Virus record (IMG/VR): IMGVR_UViG_2061766007_000288
Direction: 5' to 3' (one strand)
DNA length: 43,006 nucleotides
Source of the DNA: an uncultured virus (IMG/VR IMGVR_UViG_2061766007_000288)
Taxonomy: Duplodnaviria > Heunggongvirae > Uroviricota > Caudoviricetes
Shown: piece after piece, positions 38,056 to 43,006 of the stretch
Layout of the letters: the number at the start of each line of letters is the position of its first letter
Numbering within the stretch: position 1 is the stretch's first letter
The notes under the pieces: generated by a model
What the model saw: the letters and a program-made list of their open reading frames with translations, nothing else
Database searches by the model: none
Told to the model about the DNA's origin: nothing
Position numbers and translations under genes: made by a program

Positions 38056-38621
38056 ATGGATCTCCAAAAGCTGTTTGATGAATTATCGCATAAAGACTCT
38101 GCCGCATCTGAGAACTCGCGTGTTGACACTAATGGCGCGGCTGTTGATGCGATTTCCGCTATTGAAGTTGAACCTAAGGATGATGCTGTTAACGAATGCA
38201 TGACGGAAGATCCGCCACCGCCTCCCCCTAAGGGAGAGATGGTTGCTGAAAAGATATTTGAGCCGGCGCCTGATATATTTAAATTGTTTGATTCTGAAAC
38301 CAAAGAAATGGAAGAAATCAAGGAGCCGGAAGAAACATCGAAAGAATCTGCACCGAAGCAGAAACTCTTGACCAAGGATGATTTGACCGAGGACCAGAAG
38401 TCGGCTTTGGAATATATCAATTCCTTCATGGAGAGCGATTGCCGCCAGATGGTGCTCTGTGGCCCGGCTGGTACTGGTAAGACCTCCTTGGTGAATGTTC
38501 TTCTTGATGAATTGGACAAGAAAAACATATCGTACGTGTGTACTGCGCCAACCAACAAGGCTGTTGAAGTCATTGCAAAGCGCACTAATCGTCAGTTTGA
38601 CCGTACCATTTATTCTCTTTG
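38056..38621 (+). CDS. SF1B (Dda/RecD-like) helicase, N-terminal part
   Basis: LTEDQ, GPAGTGKT, TAPTNKA. Confidence 0.85.
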
Positions 38622-38631
38622 NNNNNNNNNN

Positions 38632-39291
38632 CATCTTTTCAATGACCGAATTGCCCGCAGTATCAAAGGAGTTAATCTGGGTAAAGAACTGTTCAGCCTT
38701 TTCTTTGCTCACCCCATTGTCATGTACAAGAGCAAAATACAGAGTACCAACTGTTTTCGGGGTCATTGCATGGGATTCCGTAATACAACGCATGGCAACA
38801 CGGGCTGCATCGTCATAGTCTGCCGGGCGGGTATTATATTCTTCAAGCACGGCGGACGGAGTGAGACGGCGATCCTTGAGAGCAAGGTGTCCACAATTGC
38901 GGAACTCATTCATGCCATTGATAATACCAGTGATGACAGTATGATACTGAACGCCGGACATCTGCAATACCTGCGTACCGGTACGGACACGACCGCAGTC
39001 AATGGTATCAAAAGTATCACGCGGAACGTCGCTATTGACGAGAGTCTGGAACGGGCATCCAGCCTGAATACACGCCATGAGGCGATGCTGTCCATCAAGA
39101 ACATAGCCATTTTCATCAAGCTTGATTGATTCGCTATTCAACTTCCAACGGTCACTACGCATCTCGTTTGCATAGATTTCAACGGTTCTGGAACTAGTCT
39201 TGCGGTTAAGAACACCGGCAGCCTTCGTGCGTTCGAGGAGTTCCTTTGCGTATTCCGGAGTGATGATTTTGATTTTGGATTTTAGTGTCAT
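38632..39291 (-). CDS. ParB-like DGQHR-motif protein (gap-truncated)
   Basis: ITPEYA..LL, NR, LDGQHRL; probable C-terminus IRSWNAY...LKSK at 41093-41328. Confidence 0.75.
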
Positions 39292-39356
39292 GATGTTTTT
39301 GTTCCTTTTTAGTTTTTGATAACCTAAATGTAGCACCTTTTTAGCAATTTGCCAAC

Positions 39357-39563
39357 TTATGCCTGTTCAGGCTGTTCTGTTTCAGTGTTCTTCTTACCCT
39401 TTGGCTTCTTTCCCTGAAGTGTGGGGTCATCAAAGAATACCATGTAGTACGACTGAAAACCAGTTGCCGTATACGTAATCTGAACTTCGCTTGGCTTTAA
39501 CCCAGATTTGTTCAGAAATTTATCGACATCTTCAACCCCTTTGCATTTGACATGTGTTATCAT
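39357..39563 (-). CDS. Small hypothetical protein (68 aa)
   Basis: GAGGT RBS; promoter TTGCCA-N17-TACATT at 39591-39619. Confidence 0.7.
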   Translation of the reverse strand: MITHVKCKGVEDVDKFLNKSGLKPSEVQITYTATGFQSYYMVFFDDPTLQGKKPKGKKNTETEQPEQA

Positions 39564-39619
39564 GTTTTACCTCATTTTGTTGTTACTACGAATGTAGCAA
39601 ATACATAACAAGGTGGCAA

Positions 39620-40606
39620 CTAGTCAAGAACATGCAATTCCTTGGCTGCACGTGTAAATGCAGTGTATTTCAATTTGTTGCGCAAAATAACGTCAGAACA
39701 TACATTCATGTCACGTTCAACTACAAAGGCATTTTGTACAGTAGTACCTTGCGCCTTATATACTGTCATGGCATAGATATAGCCAACATACATAAAGTTA
39801 TTTTTAAGCTTGTTGTATGGCTCCCAAGCTTCTTTCTTGGTGTACTTATGCCGCCCCATCTGGCCAAGCTCTTTGGCTCGTTCACGGCATTCAGCAGCAA
39901 GGTCAGCCTTCAACTTATTCAGTTTTTCCTGTTCGGATGGCTTAACTACGTAGGCCGTACATTGCTTGCGATGTCCAGGAAGTGCACGGAAATTGACCAC
40001 GGTCAACTTGTAGCACCCAATATGATATGCCGGATCTCCATCAGGCATGTCTACCACATTGAGGACCTTTACACGTTCCTCCATGCTGTAAACCTGCTCT
40101 TCATCATAGCGAACCCTCCCACGCCTGTCAGTCTTGTTCATCCTGCGGTAACCCCTGGCGATGCGCAATTCTTCACCTTCTACATATTCAGCTTCTACAC
40201 CAGGATATCTATGACGGCGAATACATTTATTGAGCGCATCCACGGAAATATTGCGATACGCAATCGCAAGCGCGTAGTCGGTATCTTCCTTGTAAGCATC
40301 GGAAGTGAAGTATTCGTACACTTTCGACATAAACTCACTGCGTTCAGTGTAGAAGTAGATACCACCGGATTCACCAACCTCAGTAACATGGTCAAAATAA
40401 TCGCCTGGCTGGGTGATATGCTGGCGCATCATGGTGACAGTGCGCATAATCGGGTTATCAAGTGCCGTACGCATCACCTTGCTAAGCATGAAGCCATATT
40501 TCAGATTGAATACAGGAGACTGCAACAGTCCACGGTTGCTATCTTCCACAGCAGGGATCTGGCACGGGTCACCCACATAGATAACCTTTATGTAACTAAA
40601 TTCAAC
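39620..40606 (-). CDS. SF1B helicase, C-terminal part (misoriented contig)
   Basis: VGDPCQIPAV, AYRN, YAMTVYKAQGTT, YTAFTRA. Confidence 0.85.
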   Translation of the reverse strand, partial: VEFSYIKVIYVGDPCQIPAVEDSNRGLLQSPVFNLKYGFMLSKVMRTALDNPIMRTVTMMRQHITQPGDYFDHVTEVGESGGIYFYTERSEFMSKVYEYFTSDAYKEDTDYALAIAYRNISVDALNKCIRRHRYPGVEAEYVEGEELRIARGYRRMNKTDRRGRVRYDEEQVYSMEERVKVLNVVDMPDGDPAYHIGCYKLTVVNFRALPGHRKQCTAYVVKPSEQEKLNKLKADLAAECRERAKELGQMGRHKYTKKEAWEPYNKLKNNFMYVGYIYAMTVYKAQGTTVQNAFVVERDMNVCSDVILRNKLKYTAFTRAAKELHVLD

Positions 40607-40785
40607 NNNNNNNNNNNNNNNNNNNNNNNNNNNNNNNNNNNNNNNNNNNNNNNNNNNCAAGTGCGGATTCGCCGTTACGCTCCAGATACGGTTCCTTGTC
40701 ATCAAGGTCAACAAGCTTCAATCCACAAAGAGAATAAATGGTACGGTCAAACTGACGATTAGTGCGCTTTGCAATNNNNNNNNNN

Positions 40786-41082
40786 AAATCCGTCAGGAAA
40801 TCCGCCCGTGTACCGTCTTGGTAACCCGCCGAAGGATGGTATCACTACGGCAACAGTTCGTTTGATGGGCGAAAACGGCGAACAGCTTGGTGTGGTGACA
40901 AGTGCGGAAGCTCGCAAGATTGCCGAGGAACGCGGTCTTGACATTATCGTCGTAGCTGTCAACCAGGACCCGCAAGTTGCACGCCTTGGCGACCGTGGCA
41001 AGTATGAATACGAGCAGAAGAAAAAGAAGCGTGAAATGGAAAAGAAGAACCGTGCAGCAGCCAAGGCTACCGAAGTCAAGGA
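40786..41082 (+). other. Allelic fragment of the IF3-like gene
   Basis: Near-identical to about 41707-42002, bounded by N-runs. Confidence 0.8.
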
Positions 41083-41390
41083 NNNNNNNNNNTGTTGCTT
41101 ACGTGATTCGTTCCTGGAATGCCTATGTGTCCGGAACCAAGGCGCCACGTTTTAGTGAACATGATGCTGATGTCATGCCTACTTTCTTGAAGAGCAAGTA
41201 ATGATACCANNNNNNNNNNCGTTGCTTACGTGATTCGTTCCTGGAATGCCTATGTGTCCGGAACCAAGGCACCACGTTTTAGTGAACATGATGCCGATGT
41301 CATGCCTACTTTCTTGAAGAGTAAGTAATGATACCATAGCAATTTTGTTGCCATAAGGACCGCCGGGGCCGCAGGGCTCCGGTGGTTTTG

Positions 41391-41419
41391 TTGCCACCCG
41401 AATCACAAAATACTACATT
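41391..41419 (+). promoter_or_regulatory. Promoter TTGCCA-N17-TACATT for the IF3 operon
   Basis: Motif match just after hairpin terminator 41359-41389. Confidence 0.65.
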
Positions 41420-41425
41420 TGGCAT

Positions 41426-41566
41426 ATGGAATATCAGAAACTATTAGCATTCGTCCACCCAACGGACATTGAAAGCCTACAGCGATGGGCAAAGATTTTA
41501 CTCAATTCCTGTTATGACAGGGTTTCTCCAAAATCAGATTTCAAACTCTACGAGGTAAAGAAATAA
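41426..41566 (+). CDS. Small leaderless protein (46 aa)
   Basis: MEYQKLLAFVHPTDIESLQRW...; ATG 6 nt after -10; stop 1 nt before infC. Confidence 0.55.
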   Translation: MEYQKLLAFVHPTDIESLQRWAKILLNSCYDRVSPKSDFKLYEVKK

Positions 41567-41567
41567 T

Positions 41568-42248
41568 ATGGGATTCAAGAACAATTTCTACATCTCCGCA
41601 TCGACAATCATGCTGATTGGCGAAGATGGAAAACCTATGGGCACCATGAACCCAGGCAAGGCTAAGGCGATTGCCAATGACCGAGACCTTCCACTGGTTT
41701 GTGTCAATCCGTCAGGAAATCCGCCTGTGTACCGTCTTGGTAACCCGCCGAAGGATGGTATCACTACGGCAACGGTTCGTTTGATGGGCGAAAACGGCGA
41801 ACAGCTTGGCGTGGTGACAAGTGCGGAAGCTCGCAAGATTGCCGAGGAACGCGGCCTTGACATTATCGTCGTGGCTGCCAACCAGGACCCGCAGGTTGCG
41901 CGTCTTGGCGACCGTGGCAAGTATGAATACGAGCAGAAGAAAAAGAAGCGCGAAATGGAAAAGAAGAACCGTGCAGCAGCCAAGGCTACCGAAGTCAAGG
42001 ATCTCCGTTTCCCGTGCAACGGTGGCGATGCTGACCGTGAACGCATCTTGAAGCAGGGTGATGAATTCATGGAACAGGGTCATCCGGTAAACTTCTGCAT
42101 TCGCTTCCCGGGTCGTAAGGTTTCTCACTGCGACGATGTGATTGAGCGTACCAAGGAAGAAATGGCCACGACTTTGATTCACGGAGCAATCTCGAAGATT
42201 AGCCGTGCTGGCAACAGTTTCACTATCTCCTGCATGCCAAAGAAATGA
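41568..42248 (+). CDS. infC: Translation initiation factor IF3-like with duplicated N-terminal domain
   Basis: Two IF3-N repeats, GKYEYEQKKK linker, IF3-C (EVKDLRF...GHPV...RFPGR...MPKK). Confidence 0.88.
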   Translation: MGFKNNFYISASTIMLIGEDGKPMGTMNPGKAKAIANDRDLPLVCVNPSGNPPVYRLGNPPKDGITTATVRLMGENGEQLGVVTSAEARKIAEERGLDIIVVAANQDPQVARLGDRGKYEYEQKKKKREMEKKNRAAAKATEVKDLRFPCNGGDADRERILKQGDEFMEQGHPVNFCIRFPGRKVSHCDDVIERTKEEMATTLIHGAISKISRAGNSFTISCMPKK

Positions 42249-42804
42249 TTATTGAAGCTACAAACCGTTTTGTCTTTACAGAAGTTGCCCGCATGCTGAA
42301 GGAAGAGTGCGGTGGCCGGCCTGAATTTGCCGACACTGTATTCATCCTCGGGCATGTAGATTCTCGTTGTACCCTGTCAGGTATGCGCAAGAAGTATCCG
42401 AACAAGAAACTCGTTGTATACCAGTTGGAACAGATGTATGACGGGTGCAAGTACGCCAACCAGCATGTATTCGAATGGCTTCACGGTGCAGACGAGGTAT
42501 GGGACTATGACTTGGACAATATCGACTGGCTTGCCAAGAAGGGCATTCGTACTTCATTCCATCCGATGCATTACGCAAGCACTCTGCGCGATGTGCCGTC
42601 CTTGGAAAAGGACGTTGATGTGCTGTTCTATGGGTATCTGACCGATCGACGTTCCAAGCTGCTTACTCAGATTGCCAATGCCGGCTGCAACAAGTGGGCG
42701 ACGACAATCACTATGGGCATCTATGGACAGGAACTTGCCAAATGGATAGCCAGATCCAAGATTATCCTGAATATTCATGCTTATGAGGGGAACAACCGCC
42801 AGGA
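42245..42804 (+). CDS. Glycosyltransferase-like (GT-B/CgeB-like) protein, N-part; allelic fragment 42815-43006
   Basis: ADEVWDYD, KDVDVLFYG..T.RR, SKIILNIH. Confidence 0.72.
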
Positions 42805-43006
42805 NNNNNNNNNNTGTTGATGTGCTGTTCTATGGGTATTTGACCGATCGACGTTCCAAGTTGCTTACTCAGATTGCCAATGCCGGCTGCAACAAGTGGG
42901 CGACTACAATCACCATGGGCATCTATGGGCAGGAACTTGCCAAATGGATAGCCAGGTCCAAGATTATCCTGAATATTCATGCTTATGAGGGGAACAACCG
43001 CCAGGA

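Noticed and set aside
38056..39336. Apparent fusion ORFs 38056-39129 and 38083-39336
   Set aside because: Read-through across the N-run joining oppositely oriented contigs
41093..41345. Direct repeat of ~115 nt resembling a repeat array or DGR template/variable pair
   Set aside because: Two alleles of one gene end separated by an N-run; differences are synonymous; no reverse transcriptase present

Overview
Gapped metagenomic scaffold (about 19 N-runs) from a large, probably lytic, jumbo-type dsDNA phage. At least two related genome variants are co-assembled, so many loci appear twice or split and misoriented. The left end holds a partial dephospho-CoA kinase gene and a stand-alone HEARO/IscB-type omega-RNA element with no iscB. 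It is followed by a minus-strand array of 51 tRNA genes (all 20 amino acids, no suppressors) interspersed with an EF-Ts N-domain protein, two HNH endonucleases, minigenes and two unexplained structured RNAs. The array is preceded by a candidate translational attenuator whose 33-aa leader peptide contains 19 of the 20 amino acids; this is the most interesting signal. The rest encodes NAD-dependent ligase, a metallophosphoesterase, glycosyltransferases, a PD-(D/E)XK nuclease, an M48-like peptidase, NadE, an AAA+ ATPase, NrdD/NrdG, an HD hydrolase, an SF1B helicase, a DGQHR protein and an IF3 with a duplicated N-domain. Two recurrent promoter motifs are visible, and one often appears to give leaderless mRNAs. 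All calls are by eye with no database searches; coordinates may be off by a few nt.
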